Source of the DNA: an uncultured candidate division Zixibacteria bacterium
GTDB lineage: Bacteria > Zixibacteria > MSB-5A5 > UBA10806 > 4484-95
Direction of reading: 5' to 3'
Length of the DNA stretch: 64,000 bases
NCBI GenBank assembly: GCA_963668625.2
Contig: CAXXKA010000001.1
Coordinates: 480,001-544,000, forward strand
Positions within the stretch are counted from its first letter, which is position 1, and each line of letters begins with the position of its first letter. Of the stretch, positions 39,588-48,395 are shown one piece after another. The notes under the pieces were generated by a model, which searched no databases, was not told where the DNA came from, and saw only the letters and a program-made list of their open reading frames with translations. The position numbers and the translations under genes are program-made.

Positions 39588-40331
39588 TTGAGAAAAACGA
39601 TTCTATTTTTCGCGGTTCTACTGCTTTTTTCGGGATGCAATCTGTTCGAGGTAACCAATCCCTCGAATACCTCGACAGATTATCTGGCGGACGGCCAGAG
39701 CAAATACTGGAATCAGGATTTCGAGGGAGCCGTCATTGATTTCGAGAAAGCGATCCACCTGGATGCCGAGAACGGCGAGGCTTACTGGTGGCATGCCAAA
39801 GCTAAAATCCGCACTACCGGTTTTACTCCGATAGCCCTGATAAATGTCATTACCGGGCTTGACTCCTCCGGGGCGATACTGCCTTTCACCGATTGGAACG
39901 CCGATTCTGCCAGCGTAATTTACGAGGTACTGTTCGATATCAACGATGATCTGGAGAGGTTGTTTTACAACACTGTCAATGTCGGCGAACTCGACAAGCG
40001 TAACGTCGTATTCGATTACGCCCTGTCATTGGTATTACATGCTGTCCTAATGATGCGTGATACCAATATCGATGATATTATCGACACGACCGATATCAAT
40101 CTCGGTTCCTATTTCGAACAGGGCGAATTCAACATCCCGCCCGAACAATGGCAGCAACTTCAGCAGGTGGAACGTGCCGCGCTCCTGGATCGAGTGATTT
40201 ATATCCTGGAGCGTTTCAGTGATGTCTCCGTGTATATCACGGAAGATTTCGCCGGGATTAATATGAGCAGCTTGCGTTATACGGTAGATCGGATACTCGC
40301 GGTGCTATACATCCTGAGAATGGTACCATAG
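39588..40331 (+). CDS. TPR-containing lipoprotein
   Basis: Lipobox FSGC; YLADG...FEGAVIDFEKAIHLDAENGEAYWWHAKA TPR. Confidence 0.75.
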   Translation: MRKTILFFAVLLLFSGCNLFEVTNPSNTSTDYLADGQSKYWNQDFEGAVIDFEKAIHLDAENGEAYWWHAKAKIRTTGFTPIALINVITGLDSSGAILPFTDWNADSASVIYEVLFDINDDLERLFYNTVNVGELDKRNVVFDYALSLVLHAVLMMRDTNIDDIIDTTDINLGSYFEQGEFNIPPEQWQQLQQVERAALLDRVIYILERFSDVSVYITEDFAGINMSSLRYTVDRILAVLYILRMVP

Positions 40332-41435
40332 ATGATTTATCTCGTGCGTATTATAGCAATTTTGCTGATGCTCTTTATCACCGTGTACGGAGGGGAACGC
40401 TTTCGCCCAACGGGCTTGACTCCTCATCAGGATATACGCCAGATGGGTATGGGTGGGGTGAGCGTAGCGGTAGGCGGTAATACGCATGCTTTGTTCTATA
40501 ACCCGGCGCTTCTGAGCCGCCAGACATTCAAGCTCGATATCCTGCCCATTCATGGCGCTATGGATGATGATATATTCGAGGTGATAAATTTCATCGATGA
40601 TCACGCCGATGAGTTCGAGAATTTCGGACAGCTCAGTTCGCAGGAGCAATCTGAGTTCATTCGGCAAAGCGCGAAATTCGATAACAAATGGGTGAGCCTT
40701 CTCTATACACCTTATCTTGGCCTCACGGTTAAAGGTTTCGGTCTCGGCTGGTATAATGTCATTCAGGCGGATGTCAAAGTCGATCAGGGGATATTTATCC
40801 CGGCGGTTGCCATGCGCGGTTACAGCGATAACGTGTTCAGTATTGGTTATGGCACACACACCGAGAGATTCGGGCACGAGTTCGATATCGGAGCCTCGAT
40901 CAAATTCGTCACCCGCCGCAATATCGAGACTATCAGGGTGAGCGCATTCGATACCGAGAGATTGGAGGAGGTGTTCACCACCGCCCTGGAGGAACTCGAT
41001 GATACCTCGAGCGGTCTGGCGCTGGATATCGGCGGCCTGTACGAATACCGAGTTATCGATATCGGGTTTACCGTGCAGGACTTGCTGCAATCATATGAGG
41101 AGGGTATAAAACCGGTGGTTAAAATCGGGGCGTTCACTAAATTGCCGGAGAATTCAACGCCGGTGCCAATCGAACTTGGTCTGGATATCACCGACTTGTT
41201 CAACCGCCAGGGGGTAGGCTTGGCTCAGCGAATCAATTTCGGCGCGGAACTGAATTTCCTGGCGCATATATTCAAACTCAGGGGAGGATTTCATCAGGGG
41301 TACCCGACTGTAGGTTTGGGAGTCAGACTGCTGTTTATAAAAGCCGACTACGCCTATTTTACCCGCGAGCTGGGCAACCGGCCGGGGCAGTTTGGCGAAT
41401 CAACGCATAGAGTGCAGTTGGGATTGACATGGTAG
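40332..41435 (+). CDS. Outer-membrane beta-barrel of the FadL/PorV/TraF-like superfamily
   Basis: IRQMGMGG..VA......LFYNPA.L plug motif; LRGGFHQGY.T.GLG...DYAYF..ELG; terminal W. Confidence 0.7.
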   Translation: MIYLVRIIAILLMLFITVYGGERFRPTGLTPHQDIRQMGMGGVSVAVGGNTHALFYNPALLSRQTFKLDILPIHGAMDDDIFEVINFIDDHADEFENFGQLSSQEQSEFIRQSAKFDNKWVSLLYTPYLGLTVKGFGLGWYNVIQADVKVDQGIFIPAVAMRGYSDNVFSIGYGTHTERFGHEFDIGASIKFVTRRNIETIRVSAFDTERLEEVFTTALEELDDTSSGLALDIGGLYEYRVIDIGFTVQDLLQSYEEGIKPVVKIGAFTKLPENSTPVPIELGLDITDLFNRQGVGLAQRINFGAELNFLAHIFKLRGGFHQGYPTVGLGVRLLFIKADYAYFTRELGNRPGQFGESTHRVQLGLTW

Positions 41436-41438
41436 AGA

Positions 41439-42272
41439 TTATTTGATAAGAATCATTTTCTCTGATTGATTGAAAGCGCCGGCATATATTTTATAGAAAT
41501 ATACACCGGAGGCTAATCCATCAGTTTTCCATACGACTTGATAAGAACCCGCAGGCTTAGTCAAGTTGACTAGCTCATCAACTAATTGACCAAGAATATT
41601 ATAAATTCTGATCGAAACTTCTGATTGTTCGGGAATACTGTACTTGATGATCGTTGAGGCGTTAAAAGGATTGGGATAGTTTTGATATCACTAGTGTCCG
41701 GTCTTTTCATCTCGTTGCGAAGCGCTGCTTCGCAACGTGGCTTGTTTGCCGGCAGAATGCGCATTCTACATGATTCAAGAAGGTTTCCAAGCAGCGCTTG
41801 GAAACCAGAAAACCAAGCCTAACATCGGCAGGATATGTCAGGATGAATGATACGCTGAATAAAATAATTATATCGGAAAATATTTTTCATTAACAATTCC
41901 AAGGAGAAATTTAAAATTTAACGAAAAACACCGGACACTAGTGTTTTGATATAATGAATAACTTTCGGGTATCAGCGATTGTTCATTATCTCGAGCTTCT
42001 TTTCTAAGGCGAGGATTGAAGGTAAAAGACAACATCCCATTTGAATCATCGACATTTTCGAATAATACTATTCGATTTGGTAACACTGAGATATTATAAG
42101 GATGTCTCAAATAATTGGACTCCGTTTCAGGCAATTCTACTTCATTTAATACTTTCGATAAATCCTCTGATAATTTAAAGAGGGTAGGCCCTTCAGAATC
42201 GATAGCTATTATTCCTCTCAAACATACAGTTGTATGTAAATATATTTTGATATCTATGTAATTGTGTATCAA
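41439..42272 (-). pseudogene. Secretion-CTD protein interrupted by a MITE (probably also N-terminally truncated)
   Basis: Removing the MITE and one TSD restores LYQN-YPNPFNASTIIKYSIPEQSEVSIRIYNILGQLV...SGVYFYKIYAG...EKMILIK*; no signal peptide at the start. Confidence 0.85.
41689..41943 (+). mobile_element. 255-bp MITE copy 3 (subfamily A)
   Basis: CACTAGTGTCCGG at both ends; TSD TTTTGATAT at 41680-41688 and 41944-41952. Confidence 0.96.
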
Positions 42273-42287
42273 GTTAAATGTTCTAAC

Positions 42288-42321
42288 AAAAAATCCTCCC
42301 GCATCGGATGACAGGGGAGGA
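42288..42321 (-). terminator. Terminator after the YkgJ-family gene
   Basis: Minus ATCCTCCCC...GGGAGGAT followed by a T run. Confidence 0.65.
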
Positions 42322-42349
42322 TCGAATTTATCTGAATGACATGATTTGT

Positions 42350-43180
42350 TTAATCTTTGAGTTTGTTCTTCTCCTTAAGCTCTTGCTTTTTGGCGGCGGC
42401 TACATCCGATTTGATTCTTAAGGTGTCCTCGCCCAGAAGCGCGAATTTCAGCCAGTCGTATGCGAAATTCAATAGCTCAACATCATCATCTTTTATTTTC
42501 GCCGCGACATCATCGGCAACATCGAATTTCTCCAGAAAGCTACTCTCGAAAACGAATTTGCGGAATTTATCGAGGTTGTACACCGCCGTGAAAAACATCT
42601 CTATTTTCTCCGGGCGAAGGTTGCCGCCCTCGGTGAAAAACTTGTTCGTGGTCAGCTCTTTATATTTCTCGCCGGCCTCGTTGTATTCTATGATGCCCTC
42701 GTTTTCCAGCCAGCCCTGCACCGAAATCTCCCGGTCGGAGTCGAATCCTTTGCAGATCGATTCCTCTAAAAGGAAATAAAACTCCTCATCCAGCTCTTTC
42801 GAGTCCTCGCCGGGGGAGGCCATGCCCAGGGGATACATTCTGCAAGCCCAGGGACGGTCGCTGTATACGGTGCAACCCTCGGGCCCGACGAAGGGGCATG
42901 ATTTCTTCTCATCATCCAGCATCTTAAGCATGACGACGGGGTATTTCAGGTTCTCATCGAACGGTGAGATGGTATGTTCGGATAAAAAATCCTCCGAGGA
43001 CATGCCCAGCTTGGTTTTCAAGCGGAGAACATCATACGGCGTCAGGAAGATATTGACATCCGCGCAACAGGCGTTGAAACACGACACCCCGGGATGGCAC
43101 TTGAACGAGAATTTGCTCTCTAAATTCAGGCGGGGGTAGTCTTTTAAAATCGCTTCTTTAAGTCTCTCTATCTCTCTCAT
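42350..43180 (-). CDS. YkgJ family cysteine-cluster protein
   Basis: FKCHPGVSCFNACC...LTPYDVLRL...CPF....CTVYSDRPWACRMYPLG...CKGF. Confidence 0.88.
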   Translation of the reverse strand: MREIERLKEAILKDYPRLNLESKFSFKCHPGVSCFNACCADVNIFLTPYDVLRLKTKLGMSSEDFLSEHTISPFDENLKYPVVMLKMLDDEKKSCPFVGPEGCTVYSDRPWACRMYPLGMASPGEDSKELDEEFYFLLEESICKGFDSDREISVQGWLENEGIIEYNEAGEKYKELTTNKFFTEGGNLRPEKIEMFFTAVYNLDKFRKFVFESSFLEKFDVADDVAAKIKDDDVELLNFAYDWLKFALLGEDTLRIKSDVAAAKKQELKEKNKLKD

Positions 43181-43191
43181 GATTGCTCCTG

Positions 43192-43467
43192 TTATTCGTT
43201 TTCATCCACGATGAAATCAGTCATCGCTTTATCCGACCACACCGGCAGCGGACCTGATTCGCCGCTTGTGGGGTTATAGCGGTGACGGTATGAGGCTTTT
43301 TGCTGGAACTGCTCCAACATCCATTTCCAGCCCTTGATAAAGTAAGGGCAGTCGTTGTTAAAACAAACGTACTGCAGGGCGCCGGTCCAGGTGGATTCAT
43401 CCGGCGGCTGCCACTCGGTCATTTTCTGTTTGCAGTACGGGCAGATGGTTTTATCTTCTGTATTCAT
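43192..43467 (-). CDS. Small zinc-ribbon-like protein
   Basis: CPYC...W...YVCFNNDCPYFIKGW...SYR; 11 bp from the YkgJ gene. Confidence 0.75.
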   Translation of the reverse strand: MNTEDKTICPYCKQKMTEWQPPDESTWTGALQYVCFNNDCPYFIKGWKWMLEQFQQKASYRHRYNPTSGESGPLPVWSDKAMTDFIVDENE

Positions 43468-43545
43468 AGTATCATCATTCTTCTTACAAGTTTAACGTTT
43501 AACGATCTCGTTTCCTTCAACATCTACTCGGGGCGCTCTTTACGG

Positions 43546-43642
43546 GGCAGACGAGGATGTCTACCGTCCACTTAGAGTAGGTCGAAACCCCTGCGGTTTC
43601 GACGTTGTTGAAATTGTCAAGACCACAGGGGGCTTGACCTAA
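43546..43642. repeat. REP-like hairpin cluster (second REP family)
   Basis: GTAG-GTCGAAACC-cctgc-GGTTTCGAC at 43577 with inverted mate GTCAAGACC...GGGCTTGAC-CTAA; extra hairpin GGCAGAC-gaggat-GTCTACC-GTCCAC. Confidence 0.65.
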
Positions 43643-43737
43643 TCCATTTCACCAATTTTCAATTCCGTGGAATATAATAAGTTAGTATAGCTGATGAAAG
43701 TAATTTATGAGGTATTTTTGTGGAAAATGGCAAGAAA

Positions 43738-45159
43738 CTATTTCATCAACACCATTTTCTCTGTTTTTGTAATCTCATCAACGGCCAGCTTATAGAAATA
43801 CACCCCCGAGGGCAGATCACCGGCATGCCATACCGCTTGATGATGCCCTGCCGGCTGAGTGGTGCTAATCAGCGTTTCGATTTTACGACCGAGAACATCA
43901 TATACCTCAAGCGAGATATCCGCCTTCTCCGGTAGATCGTAGCTGATCGTGGTCGAGGCGTTGAATGGGTTAGGGTAGCTGGTGGTTGTGAGGTAGGGTA
44001 GAGGGGAACTGGTTTCGTCGATACCAGTGGCATTTTCAAGTTTAATGATTCTTATAATCGAGTCGCAAATATAGAAAACTTCATCAGTGCCATCGAAATC
44101 TATATCCTCGGTAAGAAGATCATTATAAAGTACCGGAGCATCTCCAAATGTATATCTATAAAATGATAAATCCGTGTTTAATAATTCCATGTAGCCATTC
44201 AATTTTCCAATAATTACTTTTGCTTCGTGTTCTATATCAATATACTGGGCATAAGTATTCCCTACTGGAACTGCTCTAAAAAAATATTGTGTATCATCGA
44301 ATATATCTGAACAGACCAATACTTTTCCATTACCTGACAACAAAAGCTGATATGTATTGTTTGAAGAATCGTACATTGTATCTGAGCTTGAATAATTTTG
44401 AGCCTGACTACTAAAATCAGAAACAATCTCGAAATCTTCGTTATATAAACGTGCTATTCCACTATAGTCTATGCGGGGGTAGTGTCCGAACCACTGTAAT
44501 TTATCATTGCCTACAATAAGAAAGTAGTTAAAATTATTAATTCTAATATTGTAATGAGATGTTGGAAATCCACCACTTATAAATTCATATAAAAGGCTGT
44601 CTAATGCTGGATTAAATTGAAAAAGTCGACCGGTATCGCTAGTCGATTCAGAAGAAGGATAATGTTCAGCGATATATGCGTAATAGCTTCCATTGTCAAA
44701 TGGCAGATACCCAGCCATGAATGGTCCGCCCACGTAAGTGTATATGTACATACAGAAATCTATAGAATCTTGAGCTGTTACGTTCGGAACATCAACAAAT
44801 TTTAAGCGAAAATTATTCTCGTTATCCGGTAAATGCTCAACGATAAAACATCGCCAGACATCCAATGATTCAATATACTCAAGGTTTTCATACTTCCTGA
44901 ATTCGCTGTAATTGCTAATCCAGAGAGTATCTTTTGATGATCCATCGATTATATATGATCTTTCATCAGTTGCGATATAATAATCATAATACTCATCTTC
45001 ATTGAAATTGATAATCTTAAAAGATGTAATTAGACTATCTTCAACAATGAGAGAATCGCAGAGATTCATATTATAACCAGGGATTTGACCAGTACATATT
45101 ACGGGAATGATTGTTATAAACAAAAAAATGCAGGCTGAAAAGATAAATATTTTTCTCAT
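43738..45159 (-). CDS. Secreted protein (FG-GAP/VCBS-like repeats) with secretion CTD
   Basis: Signal peptide MRKIFIF...; DIDFDGTDEV; SYPNPFNAST...SGVYFY...KMVLMK; ATG at 45159 (the track start at 45180 is MITE-derived). Confidence 0.8.
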   Translation of the reverse strand: MRKIFIFSACIFLFITIIPVICTGQIPGYNMNLCDSLIVEDSLITSFKIINFNEDEYYDYYIATDERSYIIDGSSKDTLWISNYSEFRKYENLEYIESLDVWRCFIVEHLPDNENNFRLKFVDVPNVTAQDSIDFCMYIYTYVGGPFMAGYLPFDNGSYYAYIAEHYPSSESTSDTGRLFQFNPALDSLLYEFISGGFPTSHYNIRINNFNYFLIVGNDKLQWFGHYPRIDYSGIARLYNEDFEIVSDFSSQAQNYSSSDTMYDSSNNTYQLLLSGNGKVLVCSDIFDDTQYFFRAVPVGNTYAQYIDIEHEAKVIIGKLNGYMELLNTDLSFYRYTFGDAPVLYNDLLTEDIDFDGTDEVFYICDSIIRIIKLENATGIDETSSPLPYLTTTSYPNPFNASTTISYDLPEKADISLEVYDVLGRKIETLISTTQPAGHHQAVWHAGDLPSGVYFYKLAVDEITKTEKMVLMK

Positions 45160-45177
45160 TTTAGATATACCATCTTT

Positions 45178-45432
45178 CACTACTGTCCGGCCTTTCCATC
45201 TCGTTGCGAAGCGCTGCTTCTCAACGTGGCTTGTTTACCGGCAGAATGCGCATTCTACATGACTCAAGAAGGTTTCCAAGCAGCGCTTGGAAACCAGGAA
45301 ACTAAGCCTAACATCAGCAGGACATGTCAGGATGCATGATACGCTGAATATAATAATTATATCGGAAAATATTTTTCACTAACAATTCCAAAGAGAAATA
45401 TAAAAATTAGCGAAAAACACCGGACACTAGTG
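45178..45432 (+). mobile_element. 255-bp MITE copy 4 (subfamily B)
   Basis: Ends CACTACTGTCCGG...CCGGACACTAGTG; TSD ACCATCTTT at 45169-45177 and 45433-45441. Confidence 0.96.
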
Positions 45433-46784
45433 ACCATCTTTCTAACATTAATTTCATTGTTAAACTTGACTGTTAAGAAATAAACACCAGTAGAAATATA
45501 GTTTTCATACGGCGACCAATTAAATGAATGCTCTCCTTCAGAAACATCACCTTCAAAAATATTCGCGACTTTTCTTCCAAGAACGTCAAACACCTCAATA
45601 TCCAATTTACCAGCAAAATTACAATACAGATTAATATTAGTATGGGCATTAAATGGATTTGGATATACAGTCGCTGAAAATGATTGCGGGAGATTTATCT
45701 TTTCATCGATATCCGTTTGCTCGATTTTCAGTTTCTCACAAATCAAATAATTATTTCTGCTAAATATAACTTCATCATACCCATCACCATCAATATCTCC
45801 TGCTGCCAATATTGATATCGGTTCAATGGGGCTTGAATGAGCTAAAACTTCCATATCCCCATTAAATAATACCATTTTATTTTGCCCTTCATGAATTGTA
45901 CTGATTATCAATTCATCGTGAAAATCACCTGTTACGTTTAATGCCTTAAAACAGGAAGAACTCGTATATTGTGGAAACTCTGCAGTACTATATGAATAGA
46001 ATTCTGTATCGGATTTATGGAGGATTAAGTGGTTGCTTGCATATAAGCAATAGGCGCTGTAAATAATATCATAGTCTGTTGAATCGTAGTTGCCAAAAGC
46101 ATGTTCAAAATTGACGTTCGAATCATAATCACAGTGAAGTAGAGTACGATCCGAAAGAAGATTGAAATCCAAATCATAAAAAAATATATACAAGTTTCCA
46201 TAACCTTCCAGGTTGCTTAAATAATCCCAGCCTATGCATGTATCATCATAAATATAAAAATTAGCACAGGGATAACCTATATATTTGGCTTCATAATCCC
46301 AGTTGCTTAGATTTATTTGATATCCAAAAGCTGCGGATATAAAATCAAGATAAGGAATATCATCTCTTCTGAAGAAATGAATATAACTTATTGGGTAAAT
46401 AAGGTATCCTGGCCACTCTAAATAGCCATCAGGATTATTTCCGAAATAAGTATATATGCTAATAGGAACCTCAGATGAATTTGTTCCGGCAAAATAATCA
46501 ATTAATCCGTCCGATTCAATATCCCCCATTTCTATGGCATTCATAGCACCGATACTTGTGTCTGCCCAGAGAATATCGCGGGTTGATCCATCATATATAT
46601 AGATGCCATTGTCGGTGCTTATAAAAATATCATCAGCATCATCATTATTTACATCATAGAGTTTTATACTCCTTGACGTGATTGAAATGCTATCAATAGG
46701 CTCAAACCTTAGCAAATCATATTGGGCGTGAGATGAAATTGAAAATAAGACGATTAGTACAATTATTTGATAGTATTTACTCAT
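45357..46784 (-). CDS. Secreted FG-GAP-like protein whose CTD end was replaced by a MITE-derived tail
   Basis: Signal peptide; DVNNDDADD, GDIDGDGYDE; the original end RKMVYLK* survives beyond the MITE (stop at 45156-45158). Confidence 0.85.
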   Translation of the reverse strand: MSKYYQIIVLIVLFSISSHAQYDLLRFEPIDSISITSRSIKLYDVNNDDADDIFISTDNGIYIYDGSTRDILWADTSIGAMNAIEMGDIESDGLIDYFAGTNSSEVPISIYTYFGNNPDGYLEWPGYLIYPISYIHFFRRDDIPYLDFISAAFGYQINLSNWDYEAKYIGYPCANFYIYDDTCIGWDYLSNLEGYGNLYIFFYDLDFNLLSDRTLLHCDYDSNVNFEHAFGNYDSTDYDIIYSAYCLYASNHLILHKSDTEFYSYSTAEFPQYTSSSCFKALNVTGDFHDELIISTIHEGQNKMVLFNGDMEVLAHSSPIEPISILAAGDIDGDGYDEVIFSRNNYLICEKLKIEQTDIDEKINLPQSFSATVYPNPFNAHTNINLYCNFAGKLDIEVFDVLGRKVANIFEGDVSEGEHSFNWSPYENYISTGVYFLTVKFNNEINVRKMVTSVRCFSLIFIFLFGIVSEKYFPI

Positions 46785-46924
46785 TAAATTCCTCTCCTAA
46801 ATAATCTTTCTTTAATAATAATAGAAAAGTAAGAATAATAAACCTTTTCATCAACTCATTCCCAGATTAACAACCTTTCACTATAGTCTACAAATTAACA
46901 AAAAATAGTAGAATTAATAATAAT

Positions 46925-48295
46925 TTATTTCATCAAAACCATTTTCTCTGTCCGGGTATGTTCGCCGGTTGTTAGCTTATAGAAATACACCCCCGAGGGC
47001 AGATCACCGGCATGCCATACCGCTTGATGATGCCCCGCCGGCTGAGTGGTGCTAATCAGCGTTTCGATTTTACGACCGAGAACATCATATACCTCAAGCG
47101 AGATATCCGCCTTCTCCGGTAGATCGTAGCTGATCGTGGTCGAGGCGTTGAATGGGTTAGGGTAAGCTGATATCGTAATACTGGAGGGGATTGATATTGG
47201 CTCATCCACATCAACAGTAATCACCTCGATATCATATATGTGAATCGCAGTTCGTTTAATTACTATTAGCTCATCGTATGGATCATCATCAATATTGCAG
47301 GTTAACCCGGGAGTAATGGACTCGCCTGGCTGAGCTATTCCCAGTATATCGCCTTTGCCGCTAAAAAGAATATTCACGGATGTTGTGGGAGCATTCACCA
47401 TACTGCATAGAGCTAAAAGCTCGGCATATTCGTTATCGGCGAAATTTCCAGCTAAAAAATAACCTACCGATGATAGACTGTCGTAATGGATACTATCGGT
47501 TTCCTCGAGCTCGCTATTACAGAAATGTAAAACCGGATCGGGTGTTTGCTCCTCCCAAATGCATTGAGCGGTATGTATGAATTCTATGCCGGGAGTATCG
47601 TTGAAATCAGCGAACGCCCGCGGAAAGTGCGTGTAATGATTCATATCACAGGATGCTAAAGTCTGGAAGATCAGGTCGTTAAGGTCGATATCCATAACAT
47701 AAGCGCCACAATATTCGCTGTAGTCATCCTCAGTATCGAATGTGCCGTAAATTAGGCTGTCCGTGTAATACATCGGATAATGCAGATCGTAATCGGCGAG
47801 ACGATCATATGTCAGCTCTTGAAGGTTCATCTTTAATATCCCGAACGAGGTCATGAAAACATAAGGTACGCCCTCGATACGATTAAAATGCAAATTATAA
47901 CAAGTGCCCGGCATAGGGTCGGGCCATTCGTAGATATTCTCTGTATCCATATCATATACAATGTAAAAATGACGGTAATATGGTTCGAGCGTTCCAACCA
48001 TCATATCGAGATCCCCGTCCGGTTCGATATCGGCAATCTCGATATCGGATATCGAACCCTCGAATGAGCTACATTGCCAGATCATCTCATTGGTAGTTAT
48101 ATCGAATATCTTTATCCGCGAATCATTCCCCACCACGATATCATCGATACCATCCCCGGTGACATCATACGGAAGTACGATATTCGATTCGGTACTGATA
48201 CTATCGATCAGGGGTATTGATAATAAATCATACTGAGCAAACAGGGGAACAGATAAGGCGAATATGACAAGTGCTATTTTAGCTATAGATTTCAT
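46925..48295 (-). CDS. Secreted FG-GAP-like protein with secretion CTD
   Basis: Signal peptide; DVTGDGIDD, DIEPDGDLD; AYPNPFNAST...KMVLMK. Confidence 0.82.
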   Translation of the reverse strand: MKSIAKIALVIFALSVPLFAQYDLLSIPLIDSISTESNIVLPYDVTGDGIDDIVVGNDSRIKIFDITTNEMIWQCSSFEGSISDIEIADIEPDGDLDMMVGTLEPYYRHFYIVYDMDTENIYEWPDPMPGTCYNLHFNRIEGVPYVFMTSFGILKMNLQELTYDRLADYDLHYPMYYTDSLIYGTFDTEDDYSEYCGAYVMDIDLNDLIFQTLASCDMNHYTHFPRAFADFNDTPGIEFIHTAQCIWEEQTPDPVLHFCNSELEETDSIHYDSLSSVGYFLAGNFADNEYAELLALCSMVNAPTTSVNILFSGKGDILGIAQPGESITPGLTCNIDDDPYDELIVIKRTAIHIYDIEVITVDVDEPISIPSSITISAYPNPFNASTTISYDLPEKADISLEVYDVLGRKIETLISTTQPAGHHQAVWHAGDLPSGVYFYKLTTGEHTRTEKMVLMK

Positions 48296-48395
48296 ATAAA
48301 CACCTCTTTCACTAATTAAGCGTAATTATGAATATTGTCAATGATAAACTGCTCCGTATTGCTTGTATATTGCCAAATAAGCCCGGTTGAGAGGA

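Noticed and set aside
45160-45180. MKDGISK extension of the 43738 gene
   Set aside because: The GTG is MITE-derived; the signal peptide begins at ATG 45159
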